Below are positions 45,310 to 55,416 of a DNA stretch of 64,000 bases, piece after piece. Every line of letters begins with the position of its first letter. Position 1 is the first letter of the stretch. Made by a program: the position numbers and the translations under genes. The stretch comes from a virus. The notes under the pieces are model-generated. The model saw nothing but the letters and a program-made list of their open reading frames with translations, ran no database searches and was not told the origin of the DNA. The DNA lies in IMG/VR virus record IMGVR_UViG_3300042549_005813. The stretch is one strand, 5' to 3'.

Positions 45310-46191
45310 ATGGTAGATTTTTCAAATCTTAAAAAAAGTTCAGGCAATCTGGACACATTGAAAGCAAAAGTGGCAGAGCTCAACGCCTCCACTGAAGGTA
45401 AATCCGATAAAGAAAACTTTTGGCGACCAGAAGTAGACAAAGCTGGCAACGGCATGGCTACGATTCGTTTTCTACCCGCAGCAGCAGTTGATGGTGAAGA
45501 TGGTCTTCCTTGGGCTAAGATTTTCGAACATGGATTTCAAGGTCCTGGTGGTTGGTTAATCGACAAGTGTTTAACAACCAAGAACCAACAATGTCCTGTA
45601 TGTGAACACAACAACAAATTGTGGAACTCAGGCATTGAAGCGAACAAAGACATTGTTCGTAAACAAAAACGCAAACTAAGTTACATTGCTAACGTTTATA
45701 TCATCTCTGATCCTAAGCATCCAGAGAACGAAGGACAAGTTAAATTGTTCAAGTTCGGTGCCAAGATTTTTGAGAAGGTTACAGGTGCAATGAATCCTGC
45801 ATTTGAAGATGAAACACCAATCAATCCGTTTGATTTGTGGAAGGGTGCTAACTTTAAGTTACGTATCACTAAAGTTGCGGGTTATCAAAACTATGATAAG
45901 TCCGAATTCACATCACCATCTGCATTGTTGGATGACGATGAGAAGTTGGAGAAAATTTGGAAGTCACAATTCTCATTGACTGAGTTGACGGCTGACAAAG
46001 AATTCAAGTCTTATGATATGTTGAAAACACGTTTGGATAAAGTACTTGGTTTGAATGATGAAGGTGATGCTCCACGAGCACGTACCACAGTTGAACAAGC
46101 TAAGGCTGCACCAAAGAAGCCAGTTGAAGTTGATATCGCAGCTACTGATGATGACGATATGGAATACTTTGCCAAGTTGGCTGAAGATTAA
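45310..46191 (+). CDS. gp32: single-stranded DNA-binding protein gp32
   Basis: W.P..DK.GNG.A.IRFLP, HGFQGPGGW, CPVC, GANFKL...V.GY.NYD.S.F, acidic tail. Confidence 0.95.
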   Translation: MVDFSNLKKSSGNLDTLKAKVAELNASTEGKSDKENFWRPEVDKAGNGMATIRFLPAAAVDGEDGLPWAKIFEHGFQGPGGWLIDKCLTTKNQQCPVCEHNNKLWNSGIEANKDIVRKQKRKLSYIANVYIISDPKHPENEGQVKLFKFGAKIFEKVTGAMNPAFEDETPINPFDLWKGANFKLRITKVAGYQNYDKSEFTSPSALLDDDEKLEKIWKSQFSLTELTADKEFKSYDMLKTRLDKVLGLNDEGDAPRARTTVEQAKAAPKKPVEVDIAATDDDDMEYFAKLAED

Positions 46192-46211
46192 ACGATTCTC
46201 TGACCGTTTAG

Positions 46212-46234
46212 ACCCCGCTTCGGCGGGGTTTTTT
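46212..46234 (+). terminator. intrinsic terminator
   Basis: ACCCCGC-TTCG-GCGGGGT-TTTTT at a convergent junction. Confidence 0.92.
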
Positions 46235-46236
46235 GT

Positions 46237-47676
46237 TTATACAACCCTTGTGGAAGCAATAATCAATTGCATGAACGTTGGTTCATCATTACGCACAGAT
46301 ATTTGACTAGGTCTTAATCCAGTTCTTTCCTGCTTCTGTGAGAGATTGTTTACTGTCTTGTTAATGATAGGTTTCATATCATTTGATGCGGCAGGTTTAG
46401 GTAAATTCAAATCAGAATTGGTATTTGATAGTGGTGAAACAGGTGCAGACTTTGGTATCGCAGGTACAGGTACTGGTTTAGTTTGTACAGGCGAGGGTAT
46501 TAATCTACCTTCAGCATCAAATTCCATATTTGCTGGTGCTTGTGGTACGACAGCAGGTTTTACTGGCATTGTAACAGGTGAAGATTGATACTTATTTGGT
46601 GGCAAAGGTATCAAATTACCTTCAGGATCAAACATCATATCTTCTGGTGCTTCTGGTTCCACTCTTGTTGCAGTTCCTTGTTCTTTCTTTTTTAGATACT
46701 CGGTTTCGTTTTTTATTCTCGCAGCTCTCGCTTCAAGTACTGCACTTGGTGAAAGTATATCACCGGCTTGTTCTATAGCTCTTGCAATACTGGATTCAAA
46801 CTTTTCAGCTGCATCCATTTTATTCCAGTTTTCTTCATCTTGTTTCTCATCAATTACAATATCAGTTCCGTCTGCATTTTTTCCAACACCAAGATACTCA
46901 CGAGCAAGATAATCAGCGCCAAGAATAGCTGTTCCAACCACGGCGGCCGCCGCAACAATTGGTAACATACGTAAACCAAATTTACCAGCCGACAAAAGGC
47001 CTTTAGAAATTGGCATGCCTATTCTTTTTGCCATATCAAACATGAATTTTCGCATTTCACCCATCATCTCAGCCAAACCCTTGATATTATCCCATATGTT
47101 GCCAAACATTGAAGTTTTTTCCATTGGTTCAGCAGTCATCTTACCACCAGAATTAATATGTTTCATTAACTTCTGTAGTGTATCAATCAATTCTTTATGG
47201 CGTTTACCTTTTTCCAAGGCAATTTCTTCCTCAGAATTTTTTGCTAATTGTTTTAACTTAATATCTTCTTCACGATTATTTTGTAGGAAAGAAAATATTT
47301 TTGCTAATTGTTGATTGATGCCTTCTGAATCACCGTCACCACCAACTTTCTTTAATCTATCTGCGGTGTTTCTGGTGCCAACAACACTTTTAGTACGGCC
47401 AGTAAAATAGTCAATATCTTTTTGATTACGACCAGTCATTTTACCAAACAAAGCGGGACCAAATCTGGATCCCATAGTCATAAATCTTACGATATTCAAA
47501 GGATCAAATTTCTCTTTGATGCCTTTAATTCTAGCCTGAGCTTTCATTGAAATGGTTTTACCAACAGCACCAAGTACACTTCTATCACTTTGTGCTAGTT
47601 GGTCAAGCAATATGTCGGAAAATTTTGCTTTTCTGACACTTCTAGCCTGTTGATAATTTAGTTTATTATCTGCCAT
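46237..47676 (-). CDS. tail/baseplate hub protein, tape-measure (gp29)-like
   Basis: position after gp26/gp51; helical and hydrophobic middle, Pro-rich C-terminus ending RN.EPT. Confidence 0.55.
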   Translation of the reverse strand: MADNKLNYQQARSVRKAKFSDILLDQLAQSDRSVLGAVGKTISMKAQARIKGIKEKFDPLNIVRFMTMGSRFGPALFGKMTGRNQKDIDYFTGRTKSVVGTRNTADRLKKVGGDGDSEGINQQLAKIFSFLQNNREEDIKLKQLAKNSEEEIALEKGKRHKELIDTLQKLMKHINSGGKMTAEPMEKTSMFGNIWDNIKGLAEMMGEMRKFMFDMAKRIGMPISKGLLSAGKFGLRMLPIVAAAAVVGTAILGADYLAREYLGVGKNADGTDIVIDEKQDEENWNKMDAAEKFESSIARAIEQAGDILSPSAVLEARAARIKNETEYLKKKEQGTATRVEPEAPEDMMFDPEGNLIPLPPNKYQSSPVTMPVKPAVVPQAPANMEFDAEGRLIPSPVQTKPVPVPAIPKSAPVSPLSNTNSDLNLPKPAASNDMKPIINKTVNNLSQKQERTGLRPSQISVRNDEPTFMQLIIASTRVV

Positions 47677-47679
47677 TTT

Positions 47680-49416
47680 TTACTTTCTTTGGTGTGCTGG
47701 TCTATCATCAACCTTTGGTGTATTTGATGATTCGGTTGTGTTGTTTACGTTAGTTGTATTTTGTTGTATGTTTATCGGTGCAGGAGTATCCTGTTTCTTC
47801 ATATCTATATTTTGTCTAGAGGACTGATCCACATATGTGCCTGAATTTGCGTTTGAATTAACCTGTTTAGGTTTTTCTTCAGTTTTAGTAACTTCTTGAG
47901 TTTTAGAAAGACTTAATGCCAGTTGTTTTCTTTTTTCAATTCTACCAACCAAACCTGGTTTATTTTTAGGATTAGTTTGTAAATAAGTTTTAAAATCTTT
48001 TTCTATATTATTCAAATCAATTTCTGTCATCTTATCTATAAATTCTTCGGCTGTTGAAACCGATTTCACTTTTTGAAGAGCAGATTTTAAGCCTTGGCCT
48101 CCATATTGATTTCTTCTATCTGTCATATAGAGTATAACTCTAGGATCAGAAACTATTGCTATTGGAAATCCAGATAGGTCTTTCAGAGCAGGTTTAGCAA
48201 CATGTCGGTCATACCAAGCCAATTGAGCATCCAAGAGTTCTTTAGGTCTTGTGTTGGCAATATTTGTCCATTCATTATCAAATTGTTTAGATGCTATAGT
48301 TGATTTAAAACCGAATTGACGATTTTCTTTAACGAAACTACCTATGGAAGATTCGTTAACATTTTTTCCTCCTGAATTTAAACCAAAAACTCCATAAGAT
48401 TTAATTCCAGCTTTAGGGTCATTATCTACTATTTGACCTACTTTTTTAATAGCTTGTGAAGCATCAGAACCTGTTTCAAGCTTGATAGAAGCCGCTGCGG
48501 CCGCAGACATACCAGCAACACTTGCGGTACCAGTAGCAACCTTTACAGCAGTTTCGGTTGCTGAAGGTTTTGCAGCTGCAGGAGGTTTCTGAGTTGCAGT
48601 AGAAGGTTTAACCGGTTCTGCATCTTTCTTTAATTTTTCAGATTTAGCTTTCTCCGCAGCCTCACGTTTTAATTTTTCTTGTTCCTCTTTCTTTAATTTT
48701 TCTGCTGTTTCTTTCTTAGCCTTTTCTTCAGCAGCTTTCTTAGCCTTTTCTTCAGCAGCTTTCTTAACCTTTTCCTCAGCTTCTTTTTTGGCTTTGGTTT
48801 CAGCAGCTTTTTTGGCTGCCTCTTGAGCATCTTTTTTAGCCTTTTCTTCAGCAGCTTTTTTAACTCCGTCATCAACTTCTCTTTTGGCTTTTTCAACTGG
48901 TTTTTCAGCTGGTTTAGCTGGCTCTGCTGGTTTCTTTGCAGGTTCAGCTGGTTTAGATGGCTCTGCTGGTTTCTTAGGTGTTTCACCAGTTTTCTTAGGC
49001 GGTTCACCAGTTTTCTTAGGCGGTTCTTTGGCCTTTTCTTCTGCCTTCTTCTCACGGCGTATAACTGCTTTAGGTTTCGGTCTTCTACGTATAGTCAAGG
49101 CCTTGACTATTTCAGAGTGTCTTTTTTGTTCCTCAGAATCTTCTTCCTCTCTAAAGTTAACCTGTTGTTCACGTTCTAATTTTATATCAACACTGTTTTG
49201 CACCATCAATTTATAAATTTCACCGAGATATTCGGCGTTAGACATTGAATCGGTGTCAGTTATCTTTTCTGTTGAACCAAATTTTTTGTGCAGAATATCA
49301 CCAATTTTATTGACAGACCTTTTTAAAAATCCAGCCGATTGTTTAGTTTTTTCAGACGCAACAGGACTTGACGATTTATCGCCTGTACCTTCTTTTTTAT
49401 TTCCGAATAACTTCAT
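47680..49416 (-). CDS. tail-associated protein with K/A/E/P repeats and lysozyme-like (VgrG3-C-like) domain
   Basis: ETG...D...G..SYG.FGL...F...W...AQ..W...NQYG pattern. Confidence 0.6.
   Translation of the reverse strand: MKLFGNKKEGTGDKSSSPVASEKTKQSAGFLKRSVNKIGDILHKKFGSTEKITDTDSMSNAEYLGEIYKLMVQNSVDIKLEREQQVNFREEEDSEEQKRHSEIVKALTIRRRPKPKAVIRREKKAEEKAKEPPKKTGEPPKKTGETPKKPAEPSKPAEPAKKPAEPAKPAEKPVEKAKREVDDGVKKAAEEKAKKDAQEAAKKAAETKAKKEAEEKVKKAAEEKAKKAAEEKAKKETAEKLKKEEQEKLKREAAEKAKSEKLKKDAEPVKPSTATQKPPAAAKPSATETAVKVATGTASVAGMSAAAAASIKLETGSDASQAIKKVGQIVDNDPKAGIKSYGVFGLNSGGKNVNESSIGSFVKENRQFGFKSTIASKQFDNEWTNIANTRPKELLDAQLAWYDRHVAKPALKDLSGFPIAIVSDPRVILYMTDRRNQYGGQGLKSALQKVKSVSTAEEFIDKMTEIDLNNIEKDFKTYLQTNPKNKPGLVGRIEKRKQLALSLSKTQEVTKTEEKPKQVNSNANSGTYVDQSSRQNIDMKKQDTPAPINIQQNTTNVNNTTESSNTPKVDDRPAHQRK
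48640..49040 (-). repeat. low-complexity coding repeats (PPKKTGE, KPAEPA, KKAAEEKA)
   Basis: visible 18-24 nt tandem units; boundaries approximate. Confidence 0.8.
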
Positions 49417-49610
49417 TTATTTCTTTGTCGTTCTTTTAGTTTTTGGTTTTCTTCTTCCAAATATTGAATCAACATGGCGACATAGATATCTCGTTCCCAA
49501 GGTATCATATTTTCAAGTTCGGTAAGACTATACTTATGGTGTTGCATCAAAGAAAAGTTAGTCTTGTAGTAATTTTTTAAATCATCATAACAAAGTATTA
49601 GCCGAAAAAA
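49413..49610 (-). CDS. gp51: gp51-like baseplate hub assembly segment, probably reached by -1 frameshift from gp26
   Basis: L.NYYKTNF.LMQHHKYSLTELENMIPWER.IY; no start codon before the NYYKTNF part. Confidence 0.8.
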   Translation of the reverse strand, partial: FFRLILCYDDLKNYYKTNFSLMQHHKYSLTELENMIPWERDIYVAMLIQYLEEENQKLKERQRNK

Positions 49611-50323
49611 CTTTCGAGCCCTTCCACATCCAAGTGGTGTTCGAAACCACATTTGGAACAAGTCATATCAATTTTCTTAGATAGTTTAGGAATACTATTA
49701 AAAAACTTTTCCAGTTTTTCAAACTGTTCTTGGTTGAGTTGTTCAATAAAATCAACCAATTCTTCTACCGAAGATTCTTTCGCATAATGAAATTGTTCAC
49801 CATCATAAACATATTCAATTGACTGTGCCAACATATTGAAGGTAACTTCTGTGATGTTATCCATATCAATAGAATCTTTGACCAGTTTGAATGGTGGATA
49901 TTTCATCTTGATGGTGATTGTGTCCGTCAATTTAATTTCTGGATCCACATATTCTTCTTGTACTGGTTGTATCTCAGTCAAATCAATCTTGGCTTCCATG
50001 ATGTTGCCACAGACTTTATCATCGACTTCATTGTTACAACGGTATTTTGATTCGGAGATTTCACTGACTGATTTTGCTCTCAACTGTAGAAAATAATATT
50101 CAATATCTACAATCGGCAATTCATCAATGTCCACATCTTTAGACAAAGTACATACAGTCAAAATTTCTCTGACATTATGTTGAATTGTTTTTGCATCAGA
50201 AGATTCCAGGGCCATCATCAAGGCCTTTTGTTCTTTGACTAGATACGGTCTATATTTAATTTTCTTTTTAGAAAGTGGTAATTCCAGTTCATATGTTGGC
50301 ACTTCAAGTTTTGGTAAAGCCAT
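49598..50323 (-). CDS. gp26: baseplate hub assembly protein gp26
   Basis: MALPK...P.YEL.LP....IKYRP.LVKE.K.L..A; D.EY.FL.LRAKSV; CSKCG...EGL.SFF. Confidence 0.9.
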   Translation of the reverse strand: MALPKLEVPTYELELPLSKKKIKYRPYLVKEQKALMMALESSDAKTIQHNVREILTVCTLSKDVDIDELPIVDIEYYFLQLRAKSVSEISESKYRCNNEVDDKVCGNIMEAKIDLTEIQPVQEEYVDPEIKLTDTITIKMKYPPFKLVKDSIDMDNITEVTFNMLAQSIEYVYDGEQFHYAKESSVEELVDFIEQLNQEQFEKLEKFFNSIPKLSKKIDMTCSKCGFEHHLDVEGLESFFG

Positions 50324-50337
50324 AATAACTCCTTAGT

Positions 50338-51009
50338 TCATTCATTAAAATTTATTGGTGATGATATTGAATCTGCTATGCCACTAAATCCACTTGAAAC
50401 AGCATTTCCAATAGAACCACCTAATCCACCCATTCCACTTGCAATAGAATCCAAACCTGCATCCAAAAGGTCCATACCCAAAGCTTGTAGAGACAAATTT
50501 TTCCAGTATGTGTATGCAAATGTTACTGTCAGTTTATGATACCCATCTCCGTTCCAATCTAAATCCAATTGATTCATAGAAATTGGATATGCATCCATCA
50601 AACTGACGGCATATGTTTTTTCATTTGAAACGTTGTATTGATTGATTGTCAAAGTTGTTGCATAATTTTCTTTGTAACGCATATTGTAATTGTATGTTGG
50701 ATTGATGTAATTCAACCAACCATCAAAAAGCAATCTCTGTTGCATATCATCATCAACAATGAATGTCAAATCAATATCATTGTATGTTGTGAGATATGGA
50801 TGTTTTTCTATTGGACCATAAGTCTTTTGATCCGTTGTTGCAAATGTTCTTCCTGGCAATGTGGCCACTTCACATCTGTAATTTAGTCTACGTGCAGACT
50901 TTATATATGGTACCAAAGTTAATGGTAGAGGTATTTCAACATCGAACCTACTGGTTCTAGCCAAATCACCAGAAAAACTTGATTTAAAATCGTTGAGTGT
51001 GCGTGCCAT
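50338..51009 (-). CDS. tail tube-like baseplate protein (gp54/gp19-like)
   Basis: AR..RF.V, C....LPGR, AYP......L.W......KL.VTF.Y.YW. Confidence 0.75.
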   Translation of the reverse strand: MARTLNDFKSSFSGDLARTSRFDVEIPLPLTLVPYIKSARRLNYRCEVATLPGRTFATTDQKTYGPIEKHPYLTTYNDIDLTFIVDDDMQQRLLFDGWLNYINPTYNYNMRYKENYATTLTINQYNVSNEKTYAVSLMDAYPISMNQLDLDWNGDGYHKLTVTFAYTYWKNLSLQALGMDLLDAGLDSIASGMGGLGGSIGNAVSSGFSGIADSISSPINFNE

Positions 51010-51627
51010 TTAAGAATTCCTTATTTCTTGGACCGAATCTTTCCAGACTTCTTGTGGTTTTGCCTTTTTGAACTGTTGAATTGGTAAATATGTTGCAATA
51101 TCCCATTCATTAGGTTCTACAGCCAGAATTCTGGATTTTATATGACTGTATAGGTAGTGTTTGATGCAAGGCCTGAATTCTTTTAACCTAGAAGAAGCTT
51201 CCAGGATTTGATAGGTGATACGGATTCGCTTTATTTCATCATTCTCATCATAGATTGCGAAATTCAATAACTTACGCAGGAAAAGAACCCTATACTTTAA
51301 CGGCAAATAATGTAGATTTAACCCAATAAACCCATCTGATTGTCTTTTAAGTGGTAATACCAGTGGAAATCTGTCATAATATGGTAAATTTGCCTTACCT
51401 TTTGGATCATACACAAAGTAATACATGCCACCCATTAAAAATTTCTGTCTGTCTCCTGGTCTTGTCCATCTACTTTGTTCTTTTGTAATTGGAACAGATA
51501 AACGTGTTGGATTTCTAAGCGCTGCAACTTTTTGCAACAACCAACGCAAAGATTCACGGCTCATTGTTGGATATTGAGCCGCTGCCTTTTCTTCGGATAA
51601 TGTGGTGAGTATGGATTTTGTCGTCAT
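51010..51627 (-). CDS. gp2: DNA end protector gp2
   Basis: Y.F.YDPK.K..LPYYD.FPL, GF.GLNLHYLP, PC.K.YL. Confidence 0.92.
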   Translation of the reverse strand: MTTKSILTTLSEEKAAAQYPTMSRESLRWLLQKVAALRNPTRLSVPITKEQSRWTRPGDRQKFLMGGMYYFVYDPKGKANLPYYDRFPLVLPLKRQSDGFIGLNLHYLPLKYRVLFLRKLLNFAIYDENDEIKRIRITYQILEASSRLKEFRPCIKHYLYSHIKSRILAVEPNEWDIATYLPIQQFKKAKPQEVWKDSVQEIRNS

Positions 51628-51638
51628 TGGATATTTAG

Positions 51639-52073
51639 TTACAGTCCAAGATGGTCTTCCGTTATTAACTTGAACTCCCAACCTCTATCCAAACAATATT
51701 CTGTTGCAGCCTTCCATTTGGCTTGATTGACACCCCATGTGACAACCTCTTGTATGTATTGTTTCGTAACACGTTTCTTCTTTTCAGGTTCCATTGTTTG
51801 ATATTTTGGTTTTACTTCAAGCATCATCGTTCTTGTTTGCCCATTTTTGTCCTTAACTTTAACAACAAAGTCTGGAAAGTATCGGTGCATACGATTATCA
51901 ACTGGTGATTTGTATGGAATTATCAATTCTTCTGAGGCCCAAGACACAATACTTGGATTTTTGTCGAGCCAATTCATCACTCGACATTCCCATGATGAGC
52001 GATATATAATGTTTTTGTGGTCTCCCATGTATTTTTGGGGATTTGAGGGTCGAAACGTTCCTGAATATGCCAT
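51639..52073 (-). CDS. gp4: head completion nuclease gp4
   Basis: P.NP.KY.GD...I.YRSSWE, W.SEE..IPY.SP.D...HRYFPDF, EVKP..QT, NQAKW.AA. Confidence 0.93.
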   Translation of the reverse strand: MAYSGTFRPSNPQKYMGDHKNIIYRSSWECRVMNWLDKNPSIVSWASEELIIPYKSPVDNRMHRYFPDFVVKVKDKNGQTRTMMLEVKPKYQTMEPEKKKRVTKQYIQEVVTWGVNQAKWKAATEYCLDRGWEFKLITEDHLGL

Positions 52074-52108
52074 AAATACTATATATCACTCTTTCAGAAA
52101 ACAAAACG

Positions 52109-53149
52109 ATGGCACTTATTTCAATACCAACATCAATTGGCGGCATTAATATACCAGGTGGATTACTAGGCGGTCCACTTGGATCATTGTATGATAGTGG
52201 CGGACTGGACTTTGTACAATATCCAAGAGACTTAGGTAGTTCCACCAAATCACATTCAGTATTCTTTACAATCGAAGAAGTGAAAGAAATTGGTTTGGAC
52301 GGCATTAAGAAAGCAAATAGAGAGTTGGTTGATAAATCTATTGATGCTGTTGGTGATGCGGCAAGTGCATTTTCTGAAACTTCTGGAGAATCCGTTACGA
52401 CAGGCGGAGTTGCTTTTGTAAAAGAAACATCAGATACTATAAAAAAAGTTGCTGATGACCCTAGATCCGGTTTCACTTCAGGCCTCAATGCTGGAGTGGA
52501 TCTTCTTGATAGTGGAGCGAAAGGTATTGCTGCATTTGCAAATTACTTTAGTGAGAGAAAAGGAACACCAGTAGGTTACATATCTCTATACATGCCAGAA
52601 AACTTTTCTTTAAGTTCTACTGCATCTTATGATGATACCACAACATTAGCATCAGCTGCTGGTGCAGTAAAGCTTTTAGGTAGTGTTGTTAGTAAAGTTA
52701 CAGATGTGTTAAATAATGAAGCTACAAGAGTTATATTGAACAAAGCTGGTTATGTTTTCAATCCACAGAAACAAATGTTGTTTCAAGGTATTGACTTCAG
52801 AACATTCGATATGTCATTCACATTTACACCATACTCAGCAAAAGAAGCTGAAGACGTTAAAAAAATCATCAAAATGTTTAGAAAGTGGGCTGCGCCAGCT
52901 GCATCAACCGCTTTTGCAGGTATGTTTTGGGTGCCACCCGCTTATTTTAACATTGATTTCCGTTTCCAAGGCAAAACAAATCCAAATCTACCAAGATTAC
53001 AAAGATGTGTGGTCGAATCAATTGATGTAAACTATGCACCAAATGGATGGACAACACACACAGATGGTGCACCGGTACAAAGTATTGTGAACATCACATT
53101 TAAAGAAATTATCTTGGTTGACAGAGCATCAATTGAGGCAGGATACTAA
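52109..53149 (+). CDS. gp48: baseplate tail-tube cap gp48-like
   Basis: YP.DL, I.LYMP, NP..Q.LF.G..FR.F...F.F.P.S..EA..V..II..F. Confidence 0.85.
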   Translation: MALISIPTSIGGINIPGGLLGGPLGSLYDSGGLDFVQYPRDLGSSTKSHSVFFTIEEVKEIGLDGIKKANRELVDKSIDAVGDAASAFSETSGESVTTGGVAFVKETSDTIKKVADDPRSGFTSGLNAGVDLLDSGAKGIAAFANYFSERKGTPVGYISLYMPENFSLSSTASYDDTTTLASAAGAVKLLGSVVSKVTDVLNNEATRVILNKAGYVFNPQKQMLFQGIDFRTFDMSFTFTPYSAKEAEDVKKIIKMFRKWAAPAASTAFAGMFWVPPAYFNIDFRFQGKTNPNLPRLQRCVVESIDVNYAPNGWTTHTDGAPVQSIVNITFKEIILVDRASIEAGY

Positions 53150-53745
53150 TGCAATACTTTAATTCTTTACCAAAAATAAGATATGTGGACCAAAATAACG
53201 TTACCACAGTCTATACAAATTTGATGGCAAGAGCAAGTGTAATACCAAGTATATTAAATAATACTCTGGTTTATTATAGTTATGACGTACAAGACGGTGA
53301 TACTCCTGAAATTATTGCTTACAAATATTATGGAGATGTTAATCGTTTCTGGATTGTTTTATATTGTAACCAATTAAATGATCCACAATGGGACTGGCCA
53401 TTAAGTTCAAATAAATTTGAAAAATATATTCTAAACAAATATAATACTGGTAATTTAAATTCTATTCACCATTATGAAAAAATTACCACACAAACAAATA
53501 TAAACACAAACACAACAACTGTTGATACTGAAACAATTTCACAAGAAGTTTATAACAGTTTGCAATCTAATACAACAACAACATATACATTGGGTTCAGA
53601 AACAATTCAGGTAAATGTTACGAGAAGAACAGTTACAAATTATGAATATGAAATTTCTTTAAACGAGTCAAAAAGAAATATAAAAATATTAAATAAAGCA
53701 TATGCGGATAAACTAGAGTCGCAATTTTTGGAATTGATGAAGTAA
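53149..53745 (+). CDS. gp53: baseplate wedge gp53
   Basis: YF..LP.I.Y, Y.V.DG.TPE.IA..YYG....WIVL..N...DP..DWP, YE...NE.KR.IK. Confidence 0.9.
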   Translation: MQYFNSLPKIRYVDQNNVTTVYTNLMARASVIPSILNNTLVYYSYDVQDGDTPEIIAYKYYGDVNRFWIVLYCNQLNDPQWDWPLSSNKFEKYILNKYNTGNLNSIHHYEKITTQTNINTNTTTVDTETISQEVYNSLQSNTTTTYTLGSETIQVNVTRRTVTNYEYEISLNESKRNIKILNKAYADKLESQFLELMK

Positions 53746-53746
53746 T

Positions 53747-55096
53747 ATGGCTGAAGATAATAGCGCACCAGCTGGCGGACCAAGATATGCACAAGACTTC
53801 AACTTGGAAGCAGTGGATATTATTACCGATTATGGCGACACCTTTAAATTAAAACATTTGGTTATTGAGTTGTCCTTTTTTGAAGACATATATTCATTTG
53901 CATGTTCTGGTAATGTTGTTTTACGTGATGCTGTTGGTATTATTGAAAAACTCAAATTAGATGGTTCAGAATTTATTGAGATTATCTACGGAAAATCAAA
54001 AAATCAACCATTAGAATATAAAAATTCAAGAAAATATAGATTATATAAGGTCGGTAACAGAAAACCAGCTGGCAATAAAAACTCTGAATTTTTTACAATG
54101 TATTTTTCATCGGAAGAATTGTTTTTGTCCGAACAACTGAAGGTTTCAAAATCCTTCAAAGGAACAGTAATATCCGACATTGTAAGTAGTTTACTTTTGG
54201 ATGAATTCAATGGATTAAAAGTTAATCCTAAAAAAGTTAAATACATACAACAAACGTATGGTGTCTATGATTTTGTTATACCTAGATTAAAACCATTTGA
54301 AGCAATAAGTTGGTTATCAACATACGCAAGGCCAGATATTAATGGCGGCGCAGATATGTTATTCTATGAAACAAACGATGGATTTTATTTTCAATCAATA
54401 CAATCAATGTTTGCGGATACTCCTTATGCAACATACAAATATCAACCATCAGATTTGAATTTTAAAAACAAAGCTGAGAATATGTTTAATATTTTGGATT
54501 ATGAATTCATAAAAACATATGACACCTTAGAAGCAACAAATTCTGGTATGTATGCCAACAGATTGATTTCAATTGATCCAATTAAAAGAACAAAGACCGT
54601 TACAAATTTTAGTAAAGATGAATTGGGATATACATCATCCGGTTCAGCAATCAATAGATTCGGTAAACATCAAACACAGATGTATGAAAGTTCTTTGAAA
54701 CTGGCATTCAGCAACTCTAATCAAATTGACCAAGAATACATAAGTCAAAAACCAGACGGTGTGGCCAAAGATATATACATAGAAACTTATGTGCCTAATA
54801 GGACTGCACAAATTGCTTTGTCAAACTACACTTTAATGAAAGCAATTATACCTGGAGACAGCGGCATAACAGCAGGAAGAACAGTTAATATTTTGTTATA
54901 TTCTTTAGGTATGGAAGGCACACCAACTGCGGCCACAAGAGAAAAAGATGAATATTTTTCTGGCATATACTTAGTCACCGCTGTTAGACACATCATACAA
55001 ACACAAGGTGTATATCAAACTATTTTGGAATTAGCAAAAGAAAATACTAAATTGAAATATCCAGACCAATCATATTTGAGAGCAGTAAATGAATAA
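53747..55096 (+). CDS. baseplate hub protein (gp27-like)
   Basis: FEDI.S....G...L.D, IP...PF.AI.WL, FYE...GF.F.S, PGD....AG..V, SG.YL.TAVRH. Confidence 0.75.
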   Translation: MAEDNSAPAGGPRYAQDFNLEAVDIITDYGDTFKLKHLVIELSFFEDIYSFACSGNVVLRDAVGIIEKLKLDGSEFIEIIYGKSKNQPLEYKNSRKYRLYKVGNRKPAGNKNSEFFTMYFSSEELFLSEQLKVSKSFKGTVISDIVSSLLLDEFNGLKVNPKKVKYIQQTYGVYDFVIPRLKPFEAISWLSTYARPDINGGADMLFYETNDGFYFQSIQSMFADTPYATYKYQPSDLNFKNKAENMFNILDYEFIKTYDTLEATNSGMYANRLISIDPIKRTKTVTNFSKDELGYTSSGSAINRFGKHQTQMYESSLKLAFSNSNQIDQEYISQKPDGVAKDIYIETYVPNRTAQIALSNYTLMKAIIPGDSGITAGRTVNILLYSLGMEGTPTAATREKDEYFSGIYLVTAVRHIIQTQGVYQTILELAKENTKLKYPDQSYLRAVNE

Positions 55097-55415
55097 TAAT
55101 TTTATAGGTAAAGATGGATTCATATGGTGGGTCGGTATCAATGAATTCAGAGGTGATCCATTGGGTCTAGGCCGATGCAAAGTTAGAATTTTTGGTTGGC
55201 ACACAGATAACAAAATAGATTTACCAACGGAAGATTTACCTTGGGCTCTACCCATGTATCCTATTAATCATTCAAAATCATTTTCAGCACCTATGTTGGG
55301 TGAATGGATTGTAGGGTTTTTTATGGATGGTGAATCGGGTCAGGCACCGGTGATGATGGGTGTTTTACCTGGACTAGAAAAAGAACCAGACCAAACAACA
55401 CAAGAGTATATTTAA
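55089..55415 (+). CDS. gp5: gp5 N-terminal OB-fold segment
   Basis: F.WWVG..E...DPL.LGR.KVRI.G.H, LP.EDLPWA, GFF.DG...Q.PV.MG. Confidence 0.88.
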   Translation: MNNNFIGKDGFIWWVGINEFRGDPLGLGRCKVRIFGWHTDNKIDLPTEDLPWALPMYPINHSKSFSAPMLGEWIVGFFMDGESGQAPVMMGVLPGLEKEPDQTTQEYI

Positions 55416-55416
55416 A

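Noticed and set aside
48640-49040. TolA or histone H1 homologue
   Set aside because: Low-complexity similarity only; it lies inside a tail-module protein.
51847-52488. ORFs overlapping gp4 and gp48 on opposite strands
   Set aside because: Antisense shadows of well-supported structural genes.
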